Assembly: GCA_951812955.1 (NCBI GenBank)
Contig: OX638340.1
Coordinates: 2,912,001 to 2,976,000 of the forward strand
Direction of reading: 5' to 3'
Source of the DNA: an uncultured Gemmatimonadota bacterium
Lineage (GTDB): Bacteria > JAAXHH01
DNA: 64,000 nt
Below are positions 1 through 9,822 of the stretch, piece by piece. Position 1 is the stretch's first letter. Every line of letters begins with the position of its first letter. Position numbers and translations under genes: made by a program. Below the pieces are notes generated by a model. It ran no database searches, was not told the origin of the DNA, and saw only the letters and a program-made list of their open reading frames with translations.

Positions 1-96
1 ATGTCACCTCGCGACCTTTCCCGGAGATGACGCTGGGCTTCTCAGCGATCTTCTAGCTACTCCCTTCGTCCACATGACTATCTGAATCTAAAGCAA

Positions 97-1548
97 ATGG
101 ATCACCATATGAACAGAGCGGCCTCGGCGCTGATTATCGCCGGCGGCGCGGGCGTGCGCCTTCAAACGGTAACCGGCCAGGTTCCCAAACCCTTGATGAA
201 GCTTTGCGGCGTGCCACTGATCAAGCGGATCATTTTGACAGCGGCCAGGGCCGGCATTTCGCGTTTCGTGATCGTAACGGGGTACCAGGCGGACCTCTTT
301 CACGAGGTCCTTTCGGACGATCCCGGCCTGGACGGCTGCCGGATCGAGTGGGTGCATAACGAGCGGTGGCACCTGCCCAACGGGGTTTCCGCCCTGGCCG
401 CCCGTTCCCGCCTGGCGGAACCGTTCGCGCTGCTCATGGCGGATCACCTCTTCGAGCAAAGTACGTTGGAGCGTCTGCTCGAGGAACCGGTCGCCGATGG
501 GGAATGTCTGCTCGCCGTCGACCGGAAAATCGATAGCGTGTACGACCTGGACGACGCCACCAAGGTCGAGGTGCGCGGGGACGAAGTTGTTCGCATCGAT
601 AAAGCGCTGCAGGAGTTCAATGCGGTAGACACGGGCATGTTCCTTTGTACGCCGGCACTGTTCGATGCCCTCGATGCCGTGGACGGACCGGAGGGGTGCG
701 CGTTGAGCGACGGCGTCCGGGCGCTGGCGGAAGACGGGAGGATACACGCCTTCGACGTCGGCGATGGATTCTGGCAGGACGTGGATACGCCCGAAATGCT
801 GGCGCACGGCGAAAAGAACCTCCTGGAGCGCCTAGTAAAGCCCACGGATGGCTGGATCGCCCGGTACTTGAACCGGCCGGTTTCGACCCGTCTCAGCCGA
901 TGGCTGGTCCGGACGCCGATCACCCCCAACATGGTGACCCTGGTCACCTTCCTGACCGGCCTGGCCGGAGCGTGGTTCGTGATGGGCGGCACGTACTGGA
1001 CGGTACTTCTTGGCGCCTTTCTTTTCCAGGTTTCGTCCATCCTCGATGGATGCGACGGGGAGGTGGCGGTCCTGACCTTCCGCGAGTCGAAATACGGTTC
1101 ATGGCTCGACACGATCACGGACAACCTGACCTACCTGGCGTTTTTCTCCGCCGTTGTCTGGGCCTATGCGGGCGGTTCCGACGTAACGGCAATCCGGTAC
1201 CTCGGCCTGGTATCCGTCGCCGTGGTGACCGCGTCGATTCTCGCGATGTACTACTACCTGATGCAGACCGGGGGAAGCGGAAGTCTCGTAAGGTTCAACC
1301 GCGCCTTCGAAAGACACGCCGTCGGGCGGCGCCGCAACCTCTCCGCCAGGCTGCTCAATCTGTTTCGGATGATGTGCAAAAGGGATTTCTTTACCTTGTT
1401 GTTGCTGGTTTTTGCCGCAATCGGACTCCTGAACTGGATGTTCTGGACCGTAACGGCCGGCGGCCTGGCCATGGGTCTGGCCATATTCATTTCGACGGGG
1501 CGGCTGTTGGCGCGGGACCGGGCGGTTGAGCAGATGGAGCGCTCATGA
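97..1548 (+). CDS. Bifunctional nucleotidyltransferase / CDP-alcohol phosphatidyltransferase (same fusion order as IPCT-DIPPS enzymes)
   Basis: The N-terminus has the sugar/alcohol-phosphate nucleotidyltransferase signature IIAGGAGVRLQTVTGQVPKPLMKL. The C-terminal multi-TM half has the CDP-alcohol transferase motif DGCDGEVAV-x8-GSWLDTITD (DxxDGxxA(R>V)x8Gx3Dx3D). Its stop overlaps the next start (ATGA at 1545-1548). Confidence 0.8.
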   Translation: MDHHMNRAASALIIAGGAGVRLQTVTGQVPKPLMKLCGVPLIKRIILTAARAGISRFVIVTGYQADLFHEVLSDDPGLDGCRIEWVHNERWHLPNGVSALAARSRLAEPFALLMADHLFEQSTLERLLEEPVADGECLLAVDRKIDSVYDLDDATKVEVRGDEVVRIDKALQEFNAVDTGMFLCTPALFDALDAVDGPEGCALSDGVRALAEDGRIHAFDVGDGFWQDVDTPEMLAHGEKNLLERLVKPTDGWIARYLNRPVSTRLSRWLVRTPITPNMVTLVTFLTGLAGAWFVMGGTYWTVLLGAFLFQVSSILDGCDGEVAVLTFRESKYGSWLDTITDNLTYLAFFSAVVWAYAGGSDVTAIRYLGLVSVAVVTASILAMYYYLMQTGGSGSLVRFNRAFERHAVGRRRNLSARLLNLFRMMCKRDFFTLLLLVFAAIGLLNWMFWTVTAGGLAMGLAIFISTGRLLARDRAVEQMERS

Positions 1549-2318
1549 GCGGATTACTGTACCATGTACGGGGACTTTTTACCCTCCGGATCAGGAAGGA
1601 TCTCAACTTCCGCAGGGTCCAGGAAACGGTCCCGGCGCTGCGCTGGCTGAAGCCGCGCAGGGGCGAGCGGATTCTCGATATAGGCTGCGGAGAAGGGACC
1701 TATGATTACCGGGTCGCCATGCGAGGCGCCGAGGTATTCGGTTTAGATTTGAACCGGCACCAATTGCGGCGTGCCGCGTCCTATCACAAGACCCCTTCGA
1801 CGGGATTCTTCTGTGCCGATGCGGGCGCGTTCCCCGTTCGCTCGGGACAGTTCGACACGGTCATGAGCCTGTGCGTCTTCGAGCACCTGCCGGACGACCG
1901 ACAGACGCTGAGGGAGATGTGGCGCGTATTGCGGCCCGGGGGACGCATCCTGTTGACGCTGGACAGTCTGAGCCTCGGGGGGATCGGCGAGGCGTGGCGC
2001 GACGAGCACCGGGAACGTCACAGCGTCCTTCAATTCTATTCGCATCCGTCGGTCGGCTCGTTGCTGGAGGCGTGTGGGTTCAGACTGATAAGACACCGCT
2101 ACCTGCTTCGTTCGAAGCTGGACCTGGCGCTGATCCGGTTGAGCTATGCTACCGAGCGCATGCACGCGATCCCGGCGGCGCTGGTCCGATTGGGGCTGGT
2201 ATCGATCGGCCGGGCAGTGTCTGCGGTTTTTAACCTGTTCACGAAAAACCACGGGGGATGGACGCTGTTGATCGAAGCAGACAGGAAGACCCCCCGTCCG
2301 GCGAATTCCCCACCATGA
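1545..2318 (+). CDS. Class I SAM-dependent methyltransferase
   Basis: Motif I is ILDIGCGEGTY and the post-I acidic residue is in VFGLDLN. The LRPGGRILLT motif is also present. ATGA overlaps at both ends (1545-1548 and 2315-2318) indicate operon coupling. Confidence 0.8.
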   Translation: MSGLLYHVRGLFTLRIRKDLNFRRVQETVPALRWLKPRRGERILDIGCGEGTYDYRVAMRGAEVFGLDLNRHQLRRAASYHKTPSTGFFCADAGAFPVRSGQFDTVMSLCVFEHLPDDRQTLREMWRVLRPGGRILLTLDSLSLGGIGEAWRDEHRERHSVLQFYSHPSVGSLLEACGFRLIRHRYLLRSKLDLALIRLSYATERMHAIPAALVRLGLVSIGRAVSAVFNLFTKNHGGWTLLIEADRKTPRPANSPP

Positions 2319-3868
2319 AGCGTACCCTTGAGCAAACGGTTCCGGACCGGTCCGACACCGACGCATCGGCGATCGCCCGGGGCGCGGCCGTCAATTTCAT
2401 CGGAACGGTGGCGCGGCTTACCAAGTCCGTGTCGTTCATCGTCCTTACGCGGCTGTTCGGCGCCGAGATTTTCGGCCTGTACATGCTCGGATGGACCATC
2501 GTGGATCTCGTGGGAAAGGTGGCCCAGTTCTCGTTGGACAAGGGCTTGATCAATTTCATCCCGCGTATGCGCGAGGACGGGAAGAAGGACGCCATCCACC
2601 GAATCATCGCGCAGGCCCTGGGCGTGGGCCTGCTGCTGAGCGTTGGGGTCGGCGCCGCGCTATATGTCGGCGCGCCCGCGCTGGCCGAAGGGCTGCTCGA
2701 AAAGCCACGGCTCACCGGCATGCTGCGGTTGTTGGCGATCGGACTGCCGCTAATCGCCCTGACCCACATCATTTTGGGCGTCACCCGGGCTCACAAAGTC
2801 ATGAAGTACGACGCCATGGTCCGGGGCGCGGTCGAGCCGCTGGTGCTATTCGGGGCGGCCTGCGCCTTGTTCTACTGGGGCTGGCGCACCTACGGCATCG
2901 CCGCGGCCCACCTGGCCGCGCTGACCGGCGGCCTGCTGTTCGCCGTTTACGTGTTCACCAGGTTCTATTCCTGGCGTGCCTGTCTCGTCCACCTGCGCGA
3001 ACTGCGTTTCGTCACTCCGCTGACCCGATTCTCGCTGCCGGTAATGGGCTATGAACTGGTCTACATGGCCATGATACGTCTTGACGTGCTCATGGTCGGC
3101 TACTTCCTGCCGGCGGCGCAGGTGGGCATCTACGTGATCGCGGTCGAAATCGCCTTGCTGACCAAGAAGGTCCGCCAGTGGTTCGACCCGATTTTCAGTC
3201 CCATCGTCGCCGAACTGAATCACCGCAACGACCTGCCGCGGCTGGAGCGCAACCTCAGGCTGGTCACCCGGTGGGTCCTGACCATCGGCGTGGGGTTCCT
3301 CTGCGTCATAGCACTGATCGGCAATGAATTGCTGGGGCTGTTCGGTCCGGCATTCGTCACCGGGTTCATGGCGATGGTCGTCCTGGCCATGAGCCAGGTC
3401 GTATATGCCGCCATGGGTTCTGGCGATACCGTGCTCATCATGTCGGGCCGGCCCTATCTGAATCTCATCAACACGGTCGTGGTCGTAGCAGTGAATTTCG
3501 CCCTGAACCTGTGGCTGATACCATCCCTGGGCATCCTGGGCGCCGCCCTGGGAACGCTGGTATCCTTCGGCCTGCTGACACTAACGCGCCTGGTCGAGGT
3601 ATACCACCTGTTCCGGATCCATCCCCTGGACTGGCGCATTTTGAAGCCCTGCGCCGCAGCGGTCGTCGCCTTCGCATGCGCGTACATGGCGGGGGCCTAC
3701 GCGCCTGATGCCCCGTGGTTGCGCATGGCCGCGCTGCCTCTGATTTTCCTGGCCCCCTATCTCGGTGTGCTGTTCCTGATGGGTTTGGAAGAGGATGACC
3801 GGATCGTGCTCCGGCGCCTGCGGGGGCGGTGGGCACGAAGACGTGGGCACCGAGCTTCAGCGCCATGA
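2315..3868 (+). CDS. MOP-superfamily (Wzx-like) polysaccharide/lipid flippase
   Basis: The protein is highly hydrophobic with many predicted TM segments. Its N-terminal pattern (AARGAAVNFIGTVARLTKSVSFIVLTRLFGAEIFGLY) is typical of polysaccharide-biosynthesis flippases. I chose the start at the ATG overlapping the upstream stop, not the track start at 2258. Confidence 0.7.
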   Translation: MKRTLEQTVPDRSDTDASAIARGAAVNFIGTVARLTKSVSFIVLTRLFGAEIFGLYMLGWTIVDLVGKVAQFSLDKGLINFIPRMREDGKKDAIHRIIAQALGVGLLLSVGVGAALYVGAPALAEGLLEKPRLTGMLRLLAIGLPLIALTHIILGVTRAHKVMKYDAMVRGAVEPLVLFGAACALFYWGWRTYGIAAAHLAALTGGLLFAVYVFTRFYSWRACLVHLRELRFVTPLTRFSLPVMGYELVYMAMIRLDVLMVGYFLPAAQVGIYVIAVEIALLTKKVRQWFDPIFSPIVAELNHRNDLPRLERNLRLVTRWVLTIGVGFLCVIALIGNELLGLFGPAFVTGFMAMVVLAMSQVVYAAMGSGDTVLIMSGRPYLNLINTVVVVAVNFALNLWLIPSLGILGAALGTLVSFGLLTLTRLVEVYHLFRIHPLDWRILKPCAAAVVAFACAYMAGAYAPDAPWLRMAALPLIFLAPYLGVLFLMGLEEDDRIVLRRLRGRWARRRGHRASAP

Positions 3869-3940
3869 CGTTAGTGGTCCGGCGCCTGCGGGGCCTGTGC
3901 GGCCCGCCGCCTCTACCCGGTAAGAGGCCAAGCGCAAGCC

Positions 3941-5284
3941 GTGGGATGGAGGGGAGCGCGTACTTGGGACATCTGTCGACGGGGAGACTTGGTTATTTTG
4001 AATTACAGCGTGGTATTGTTCGCCGATACGGATGACATCACAGCCGGCGCCGGTCGATCGGTTTACGGCATTTCTCTGTTGGAACGGCACCTTCGGGTCT
4101 TTGCTTCCCTGGGGGCCCGGCGGGTAACCGTGGTCGGACCTGCACCCGGCCGGGGTTCGAAGGTCCGAGTCGACGGATTCGACGAACGCTGGTTCGCTGA
4201 GCTGCGCGCCGTCGACTGCGTGGGGGCCGAAGAAAGCCCTGCCCGCTGGCTGCCCGGGAAGGACGAAGTGGCCCTGGTGCTGGACGCCCACCACCTGTAT
4301 GACCCGCGTGTCCTGCGGGCCATGGTCGAAGGCGGCCCGAACCGTAAAGCCGCGGACTCGGCAGTCAGGGAATCCTGCAGGCTGCTGGTGGCCGACGCAG
4401 ACCTGCTCGCAAGCCTCACAGCGTGCTGGAACGGCTCCGAATCACTATGGTCATCGCTGGACTCGGCGCGGGAATCGACCTGCCCGGTATTCGATCTCCG
4501 CGAAATGGACCCCTATATCGTGGATCTGCGCCGAAGCCTGCCCCCCTGGTGGGTGGTCCTGGGTTCGGACCGGAAAGCGCGCCGGGCGGAGGCGCTTCTG
4601 ATCAATGCCGCACAGAAGGGAACGCTGGATTTTCCGGCGGAATTCATACATCCACCCCTGGAGAACCTGCTTACAAAGTGGATCTCGGCCGGAACCGTGA
4701 CGCCTAACCAGGTAACCACCCTCACCATATTGCTGGCCTTCCTGACCACCGGCCTGCTGGCCGTGGGGCAATCGGGCCCGGGTTACACGGCCGCCGGACT
4801 GATCATCGCCTTCATCGTCGGAGTACTGGACGGGGTCGACGGCAAGTTGGCCCGTGTTACGGTGCGATGCACGCGGTTCGGGGACCGATTTGAACACATC
4901 CTGGACGTGATCTGGGAGCTGACCTGGTACTGGGCCCTGGGGTGGATGCTCGGCGGCAGTGGCGATGTGGCGGGGCCTTTCGTGCTCGCTTCGGTAATCA
5001 CGCTCTTTTATCTGCTTGACAAGACGGCCACGGGGATGTTCAAGTCACGGCAGGGAATCGAACTGTTTGACTACGAGCCCATGGATCGCTTTTTTCGCCG
5101 TATCGGCGCCCGGCGCAACACGAACGTCCTGCTGCTGCTGGGTGGTACGGCGGCAGGTATGCTGGAGGAAGCGTTTACATGCGTGGCCATCTGGACGGTG
5201 ATTACGGCGGCGTTTCACTGGACGCGGGCGATCTGGGTGCTGTCGAAGCCGACATCGGCCGGCGATGTGAAACGGCTTCCTTAA
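3941..5284 (+). CDS. CDP-alcohol phosphatidyltransferase with a divergent N-terminal nucleotidyltransferase-like domain
   Basis: The C-terminal membrane domain has DGVDGKLARVTVRCTRFGDRFEHILD, i.e. DxxDGxxARx8G with the third Asp replaced by Glu. The roughly 220-aa N-terminal region resembles the partner gene's NTase domain but lacks the GxGxRL/PK signature. The true start is uncertain; alternative TTG codons lie at 3989 and 3998. Confidence 0.7.
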   Translation: MGWRGARTWDICRRGDLVILNYSVVLFADTDDITAGAGRSVYGISLLERHLRVFASLGARRVTVVGPAPGRGSKVRVDGFDERWFAELRAVDCVGAEESPARWLPGKDEVALVLDAHHLYDPRVLRAMVEGGPNRKAADSAVRESCRLLVADADLLASLTACWNGSESLWSSLDSARESTCPVFDLREMDPYIVDLRRSLPPWWVVLGSDRKARRAEALLINAAQKGTLDFPAEFIHPPLENLLTKWISAGTVTPNQVTTLTILLAFLTTGLLAVGQSGPGYTAAGLIIAFIVGVLDGVDGKLARVTVRCTRFGDRFEHILDVIWELTWYWALGWMLGGSGDVAGPFVLASVITLFYLLDKTATGMFKSRQGIELFDYEPMDRFFRRIGARRNTNVLLLLGGTAAGMLEEAFTCVAIWTVITAAFHWTRAIWVLSKPTSAGDVKRLP

Positions 5285-5426
5285 CGCCAGCCACGATTTC
5301 TCCCGGGCATGGGCCGGCCCATGCCCGTTAATTTGGATCAAAAAGTGGAATTGTGCGTCTAATATGCTTGATAATGAGCGAGTCGGCCATGGCTGTGCGT
5401 CGACGCTTGTGCTAAGCGGAGGCATC

Positions 5427-6803
5427 GTGTTTCGTTTCCTGGTCCACATCCTGGCGGTATCTCTGATCACGGGGCCGGCGGTCGCACAGGGATCGGACCG
5501 TCCCGTACAGGCCGTCCAATCCGTCCGGATGACGCTGGAGCAGTGCGTGGACAGGGCGTTGACGGTCAGTCCTGATATCGAGCAGGCGGCCCTTGCCGTC
5601 GAAGGCCTGGAAGCCAGGTTGAGCGAAGCGAAATTTGCGGGCATCGCACCCCGGTTGCAGTGGACCAACATCTTCGGTCCGGCGCCCGGCATAAAAGGCG
5701 ATACAGAACGGGTCGAGACCATCCGGAGCGACCTGTCCGACCTGGGCGTTTTTTCCCGCACGCAGATCGAATTGGTCCAGCCGCTGTATACCTTCGGGAA
5801 GCTCAGCAATGCGAAGAAGGCGGCCGGATACGGTCTCGAGGCGGGCGAGGCCGCCGTGGAATCCAGGAAGCACGACGTGGCCTTCCAGGTTAAGAAACTG
5901 TTCTACGGACTCGTGTTGGCCCGTGAACTCAGGGAAATCATTCTGGAAAGCGAAGAAAGCGTACGTGAAGCCCGGGAGCGCGTCAACGAGATGATCGAGG
6001 AGGATTCGGAAGATGTCGGCCAGAACGACCTGTTGAAAATCGATGTCTTCGAGTATGAAGTGCAACAGAGCCGGGCGCGGGCCGAGAAGTCGATCGAAAT
6101 AGGGAAGGCGGCGCTGAAATCGGTGCTTGAAATCGATCGCTCCAGCGATTTCGATATCGTCGACACGACCGCGGAACCCAGTACGGCAGACCTCGACGGA
6201 CTGGAATTCTACATCGAACAGGCGAAGAACCGGCGGTACGACATCCGGCAGCTCAGGGCCGGCGTGCTGGCCCGCCGCGCGCTGCTGAAGGTAGCCCGGA
6301 GCGACTACTACCCCCAGATCGCCCTTGCGGGGTCCATCCAGTGGGGTATCGCGCCCCACCGGCCGGAACTCGACAATCCGTTCCTCAGGGACGAGTTCAA
6401 TTTCCTGCGGGGGGGCGCGGTGATTACCTTGCGGCAGAACTTCAATTTCGGCCTGACCCGCGCGAAGTACCAGGCCAGGAAAGTGGAGCTGGAAGCGCTG
6501 GTGACCAGGGAATCACAGGCGATGAACGCGATCGAACTGCAGGTGGAATCGACCTACCGGGACGTGATCGAGGCCCGTACCAACGTCGTCAACAGCGACC
6601 GGGCGCTTCGCTCCGCCAGGGCATGGCTGACATCGGCAAAGCTGGGCTTCGACATCACGGGAGACAGTTCGGAATTGCTGGACGCCTTCACCGCGCACGC
6701 GAAAATGCAACATGCACACCGGCAGTCGCTTTTCCAGTACCGGGTTTCGCTGGCCGAACTCGATCACGTAACCGGTAACGGGATTTCAAATGTGCGGCGC
6801 TGA
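5427..6803 (+). CDS. TolC-family outer-membrane efflux protein
   Basis: There is a signal peptide (FLVHILAVSLITGPAVAQ). The TolC-type opening LTLEQCVDRALTVSPDIEQA and repeated coiled-coil halves are present. I chose the GTG start 5 nt after a GGAGG; the track ORF begins at 5364. Confidence 0.8.
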   Translation: MFRFLVHILAVSLITGPAVAQGSDRPVQAVQSVRMTLEQCVDRALTVSPDIEQAALAVEGLEARLSEAKFAGIAPRLQWTNIFGPAPGIKGDTERVETIRSDLSDLGVFSRTQIELVQPLYTFGKLSNAKKAAGYGLEAGEAAVESRKHDVAFQVKKLFYGLVLARELREIILESEESVREARERVNEMIEEDSEDVGQNDLLKIDVFEYEVQQSRARAEKSIEIGKAALKSVLEIDRSSDFDIVDTTAEPSTADLDGLEFYIEQAKNRRYDIRQLRAGVLARRALLKVARSDYYPQIALAGSIQWGIAPHRPELDNPFLRDEFNFLRGGAVITLRQNFNFGLTRAKYQARKVELEALVTRESQAMNAIELQVESTYRDVIEARTNVVNSDRALRSARAWLTSAKLGFDITGDSSELLDAFTAHAKMQHAHRQSLFQYRVSLAELDHVTGNGISNVRR

Positions 6804-6824
6804 CACACGGAACGGAGGATGGTC

Positions 6825-7655
6825 ATGAAGAATCGACGTGCGGGGGCGGGCAGGACGCTCAGTCTGGTGGCTGGCACCGTCCTGTTGCTCATTGCCACGT
6901 TCATCGATCCGTCTTCCGTCCTTCGCACGGACTCAGCGGATAAAGGAACGCCGCCCCGATTTTCCGTGCTGGGGATCGACTCTTTTGTTCCGGCAGCCGC
7001 GCGGGCGGATCATCCTCAACGCCGCGATGATCGTCGTGCGTCCGTCCTCATCGATGGCTTCGACAGTTCGGCCCCGGGCAGCTTCCCCCTGACCTGGAAG
7101 GCCTGGCGGGGAGACGATGACCTGGCTCGAAAAACGTATACGATCCGGGAGGAAAACGGAAACCGGTATCTCCACGCCGCCGACGACGGCTCATCCATCA
7201 TCATTCGCAAGCAGCTTAGCGAATGGGATGCGAACGAATACCCGGTGCTGTCATGGCGCTGGAGGGCGAAGGTCCTGCCCGAAGACGGAGATGAACGCAT
7301 CGGTTCCAGGAACGACAGTTCAGTGGCCGTGTACGTGGTCCTGGATCAGAACTTCATCGGCGTGCCCAAAACCCTGAAGTACGTCTGGAGTACCACCCTG
7401 CCGGTCGGCACCCATCACCGCCGCGACGGTATTGGCCGTCCCCACGTGATCGTGCTCGAAAGCGGTACGGAGAAGCTCGGGGAATGGGTCAAGGAGTCGG
7501 TCGACGTGTATGCGGACTATGTCCGGATCTTCGGGAAAAAGCCGCCCCGGAAAGCCGTAGGGATCGGTATTCTTACGGATGGCAACGCGACGGGAACGGA
7601 CTCGAAGGGGGATTACGACGACTTCATGGTTCATCGCCGGAACACCGGGTCCTGA
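6825..7655 (+). CDS. DUF3047-like secreted protein
   Basis: An N-terminal TM/signal segment is present. The pattern PVLSWRWRAKVLP...NDSSVAVYVVLD...LKYVWSTTLPVG...ILTDGNATG matches my recollection of the DUF3047 family. Confidence 0.6.
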   Translation: MKNRRAGAGRTLSLVAGTVLLLIATFIDPSSVLRTDSADKGTPPRFSVLGIDSFVPAAARADHPQRRDDRRASVLIDGFDSSAPGSFPLTWKAWRGDDDLARKTYTIREENGNRYLHAADDGSSIIIRKQLSEWDANEYPVLSWRWRAKVLPEDGDERIGSRNDSSVAVYVVLDQNFIGVPKTLKYVWSTTLPVGTHHRRDGIGRPHVIVLESGTEKLGEWVKESVDVYADYVRIFGKKPPRKAVGIGILTDGNATGTDSKGDYDDFMVHRRNTGS

Positions 7656-7690
7656 CCCGTCAATTCCGGCCGGAAGGTAGGAGGAAGAAA

Positions 7691-8290
7691 ATGCATGCTA
7701 TTTGCCGCGCACTCCGCCCCTTGGGACCACTTGTCGCCTGGGCGGCGGTGTCGTTGATCGCTTTCGGGAGTAACGCGCAGGAATACTCGCCCATCGAGAC
7801 CCTGAAACAGCGGGACGCCGCGTTACTCGGCCTGGATGGAGCCACCACCGAAGCGGCACGGGACAGTCTCGTGCGCCGGGCCGTCGTCGAGGGGTTCGAT
7901 TTCGTACGACACAGCCGTATCTCGCTCGGCAGGCACTGGCGGGAGAGGACGGACGCGGAACAAGAAGAATTCGTTTCGGTCCTGCGTAAGTGGACGGAAA
8001 ACCGGGCCCTCGACAAGTTGCGCAAGCGGTCGGACAGGACGACTTATGACGGAGAGGAGACCCGGGGCAGCAGGTCGCTGGTGAGAACCACGGTATGGTA
8101 CAAGGGTACCAAAACACTCGTCGACTACAAGATGGAGTTGCAGGAAGGGCACTGGCTCATTTACGACATGGTCATCGACGGGGCGAGCGTCGCGCTGGCC
8201 AACCGGGACGCATTCTACAAGAAGATCAGCAGGACCTCCTACGACGAATTGCTCGATACCCTACTCGCAAAAACCCTTGAAATAGAGTAG
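7691..8290 (+). CDS. MlaC/Ttg2D-like periplasmic phospholipid-binding protein
   Basis: There is a signal peptide (LVAWAAVSLIAFGSNAQ). The family-like block is LGRHWRERTDAEQEEFVSVL...WLIYDMVIDGASVALANRDAFYKKI. An RBS (GGTAGGAGGAAG) precedes the ATG at 7691. Confidence 0.7.
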   Translation: MHAICRALRPLGPLVAWAAVSLIAFGSNAQEYSPIETLKQRDAALLGLDGATTEAARDSLVRRAVVEGFDFVRHSRISLGRHWRERTDAEQEEFVSVLRKWTENRALDKLRKRSDRTTYDGEETRGSRSLVRTTVWYKGTKTLVDYKMELQEGHWLIYDMVIDGASVALANRDAFYKKISRTSYDELLDTLLAKTLEIE

Positions 8291-8370
8291 TATTTCTTGT
8301 ATATTTCCGGGTCTGTGAGATATACTCGTTTCAAGCGGTATATTCATGTCCTAAGTTTTTAGGAGACAGA

Positions 8371-9813
8371 ATGGCGAAGACGGTATACGACCGGTGTATC
8401 TTTTTCCTCGTCGACGGCGCCCGCGAAGACGTCATGCGGGAAATGACCGAGGCGGGCGAACTGCCTGCCCTGCGGCGCTACGTGCTGGACAGGGGAGACT
8501 ACCGAAAGGCGGTGACTTCGTTTCCGTCCACGACCGGTCCGGCCCATGTGCCCTTTCTGACCGGTTGTACGCCCGGTTCGTGCAATCTCCCCGGAATCCG
8601 CTGGTTCGACCGGTCCCAGCCCAATGGTCTCACCCATTTCCGCCAGGCGCGCAGTTACGTGGGTCCGGGAGGCCTGTATATCGACCAGGACCTCAAGGAT
8701 GAAGTCCACACCATCTTCGAGTACTTCGAGCGCCCGGCGGGGGTCTTCAGTTTTGTGAACAGGGGATTGGGCATATTCGAAAACCGGACGCTGCTGACCA
8801 GGGGCTGGTACTGGCTATACGCCCATTACTCCGGCCAGTGGCAGGCCGTGGACGACGCGGCCTGGCGGTACATCGACCGGGCCGTTGACCAGGGCGCCGA
8901 TTTCCTGTCGGTCGTATTCCCCGCGGTGGACGAATACTCGCATTACACCGATCCATTTTCGGACGCCACGTTGAACGCGTACCGGGAATTCGACCGGGGG
9001 CTCGGCAGGTTGGCGGAGCGGCTTCAACGGCAGGACAGACTGGACAGTACGCTTTTCGTGATCTCCAGCGATCATGGCCTGACCTCTACGCACACGCACT
9101 TCGAACTTTGGTCGTTTTTTGACGAATTGGGATTCAACACGCTGTATTATCCCCGGATCCTGCGCAACGGATGCGACGCGGCAACTATGGTCTCGGGCAA
9201 CGGCATGGCGCATATCTACCTCAAGAAAGGCGACTCCTGGGAAGAAAGGCCTTCCTACGAGGAGATCCGCACGCTGGGGGAAACGGACCCGATCGAAGCC
9301 CTGCTGGGGCAGGAGGCGATCGACCTTGTGGCGGCGGTCCAGGATGACTCGGTCATCGTCTGCGGGCGCCGGGGGATCAGTGAAATTAGGGAGACGCCCG
9401 AAGGCATCGCGTACCGGGTTATTGAGGGCCAGGATCCGTTCGGCTATGGAGGCATCCCGGCTGAAGCGTCCGATGAGCAATTGCTCTCCGCCACGTTCGA
9501 CACGGACTATCCCGACGCGCCTTACCAATTGCTGCGTGTCCTCGGTTCTCCGCGGTCGGGCGATTTGATCGTCAGTGCGCGAAAAGGCTACGATCTGAGA
9601 TACCGGTACGAGCATCCTGAGCACAAGTCGACCCATGGTTCACTGCATCGCGACCATATGCACGTTCCCTTGATGATGAATACGGAGATTGCGGCGGACC
9701 ACGTGCGCACCGTGGACCTCTTCCCCGCCATGCTGAACCTGACGGGGCGTTTGGTCGAAGGAACTATTGACGGCAGAGATTCTGTCACCGCCGCTTCGCG
9801 TGCGGTGGCGTAG
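8371..9813 (+). CDS. Alkaline-phosphatase-superfamily enzyme (type I phosphodiesterase/nucleotide pyrophosphatase-like)
   Basis: The N-terminal metal/nucleophile region is FFLVDGAREDV ... FPSTTGPAHVPFLTG. Later blocks SSDHGLT and HGSLHRDHMHVP are present. An RBS (AGGAGA) lies upstream. Confidence 0.75.
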   Translation: MAKTVYDRCIFFLVDGAREDVMREMTEAGELPALRRYVLDRGDYRKAVTSFPSTTGPAHVPFLTGCTPGSCNLPGIRWFDRSQPNGLTHFRQARSYVGPGGLYIDQDLKDEVHTIFEYFERPAGVFSFVNRGLGIFENRTLLTRGWYWLYAHYSGQWQAVDDAAWRYIDRAVDQGADFLSVVFPAVDEYSHYTDPFSDATLNAYREFDRGLGRLAERLQRQDRLDSTLFVISSDHGLTSTHTHFELWSFFDELGFNTLYYPRILRNGCDAATMVSGNGMAHIYLKKGDSWEERPSYEEIRTLGETDPIEALLGQEAIDLVAAVQDDSVIVCGRRGISEIRETPEGIAYRVIEGQDPFGYGGIPAEASDEQLLSATFDTDYPDAPYQLLRVLGSPRSGDLIVSARKGYDLRYRYEHPEHKSTHGSLHRDHMHVPLMMNTEIAADHVRTVDLFPAMLNLTGRLVEGTIDGRDSVTAASRAVA

Positions 9814-9822
9814 GAGTAATCC

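Noticed and set aside
97-1548. Calling the first gene a di-myo-inositol-phosphate synthase, and inferring thermophily from it.
   Set aside because: Only the domain fusion and the generic motifs are visible. The alcohol substrate cannot be deduced from the sequence, and no inositol-phosphate synthase gene is in the window.
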